The position numbers were made by a program, and so were the translations under genes. A stretch of DNA of 26,529 nucleotides, from the IMG/VR virus record IMGVR_UViG_3300043436_003321, positions 1-26,529 of that record; one strand, written 5' to 3'. Below the pieces are notes generated by a model. It did not search any database and was not told where the DNA came from. It saw only the letters and a program-made list of their open reading frames with translations. Origin of the DNA: a virus (Duplodnaviria > Heunggongvirae > Uroviricota > Caudoviricetes). Every line of letters starts with the position of its first letter. Positions within the stretch are counted from its first letter, which is position 1. Of this stretch, positions 25,710 to 26,529 are shown piece after piece.

Positions 25710-26330
25710 CTATTCGACTGATTTATATATCTCAAAGTCTTTAGAATAGATTTGATATAATTGGTCAATGTCAGTATGCGATAATACATAATCTGAACTG
25801 TTCGTGGTATTTACGGTTGGCAATTTTTTATTAATCAGTGCCTCTACCTTGTCCAATTGTTCCATAGAATACAATTTTGGTATAATGGTATTTTCATATT
25901 CTACATAACTATATTGCGATCTAAAAATTTCTTCTCGGCTATCGTTAGGCGTTTCAAGTAAATAAGATAATACACTCGATATGTCACTATACTTAATAGA
26001 TTTTAGTTTACGATTATAAGCTAACTGACTTTTAAATCTATCAATGGGATCTCTTAATACTGTAAAATTAAATTCGCCGTTTGAAATAGCCTCATCCTTC
26101 GTTATATAATTGGATGCATCAGCTTCATGCACCCATCTCTCTATTTCTTTATATTGTATAGTCTTGACTACACCATAACGCCTAAAATACGTACTCTCAA
26201 TTTTAGGTTTGTTAGAATTGTTATCTATTAAAGCAATTTTTATAGATGTATTAGCATTTTTAGGTATACCCCAAAAATTAAATTGGCCAACATTAATAAT
26301 ATTGGATAAGAATGGGATCTCCATATTCAT
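25710..26330 (-). CDS. Sulfotransferase (Sulfotransfer_2 / carbohydrate sulfotransferase-like)
   Basis: 5'-PSB loop IPKNANTSIK and 3'-PB motif FTVLRDPIDRFKS; C-terminal I..IYSKDFE.F/Y pattern. Confidence 0.85.
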   Translation of the reverse strand: MNMEIPFLSNIINVGQFNFWGIPKNANTSIKIALIDNNSNKPKIESTYFRRYGVVKTIQYKEIERWVHEADASNYITKDEAISNGEFNFTVLRDPIDRFKSQLAYNRKLKSIKYSDISSVLSYLLETPNDSREEIFRSQYSYVEYENTIIPKLYSMEQLDKVEALINKKLPTVNTTNSSDYVLSHTDIDQLYQIYSKDFEIYKSVE

Positions 26331-26529
26331 TTAAATAACCCGTGTTGACTATTTTGGTATTAGTCAAATTTTCAAAAAATGAAGCTCGTTGTGACCATTC
26401 ACGCATTTTACAAAAATCGTGTGATTCGGTAGCATCCATATATGTATTTATGATACCGCAGGTATAACCGAGAGATTTGGCGTCGGCAACCCGTAATTTA
26501 TTCATTTCATAATATACTTCAATCGGGTA
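26293..26529 (-). CDS. Hypothetical protein, C-terminal part (frame open to the right edge)
   Basis: The frame of the track ORF 26293-26505 has no stop up to 26529 (YPIEVYYE-MNKLR...), so the real start may lie outside the window. Confidence 0.55.
   Translation of the reverse strand, partial: YPIEVYYEMNKLRVADAKSLGYTCGIINTYMDATESHDFCKMREWSQRASFFENLTNTKIVNTGYLNEYGDPILIQYY

Noticed and set aside
22649-26529. Lower GC in the enzyme cassette as proof of recent horizontal acquisition
   Set aside because: Spot counts show it is AT-richer than the fibre genes, but core genes such as gp20 are similarly AT-rich. The fibre GC is inflated by Ala/Gly/Thr codons, so a proper codon-usage analysis is needed.

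Overview
This is a segment of a T4-like (Tevenvirinae/Kyanoviridae-type) myophage genome, and every supported gene is on the minus strand. In transcription order (right to left) it starts with an accessory enzyme cassette: an ORF running off the right edge, a sulfotransferase, a membrane fatty-acid desaturase, a class III PLP aminotransferase and two Fe(II)/2-oxoglutarate oxygenases. Next come a T4 late promoter, two small virion-type proteins and two very long repeat-rich tail-fibre genes (1329 aa and 1968 aa, the second with a C-terminal S74 chaperone). The canonical T4 morphogenesis block follows: gp13-gp14-gp15-gp16-gp17-gp18-gp19-gp20-gp67-[gp68 position]-orf84-gp21-gp22-gp23 (gp23 truncated at the left edge), with five exact TATAAATA late promoters across the window. 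The most striking feature is the 444-aa protein at the gp68 position. It starts with a T4 internal-protein-like capsid-targeting sequence (MKTFKDIISE) and consists of basic ~45-75 aa modules separated by acidic EE-x-x-LDE linkers that match gp21 protease sites. It therefore looks like a capsid-packaged polyprotein of small cargo proteins. Other points of interest are the lipid/surface-modifying enzyme cassette next to the fibre genes, module sharing between and within the fibre genes, and a possible C-terminal GG-x-aromatic docking tag. All assignments come from motif recognition and synteny by eye. No database searches were run, and reference sequences are quoted from memory.
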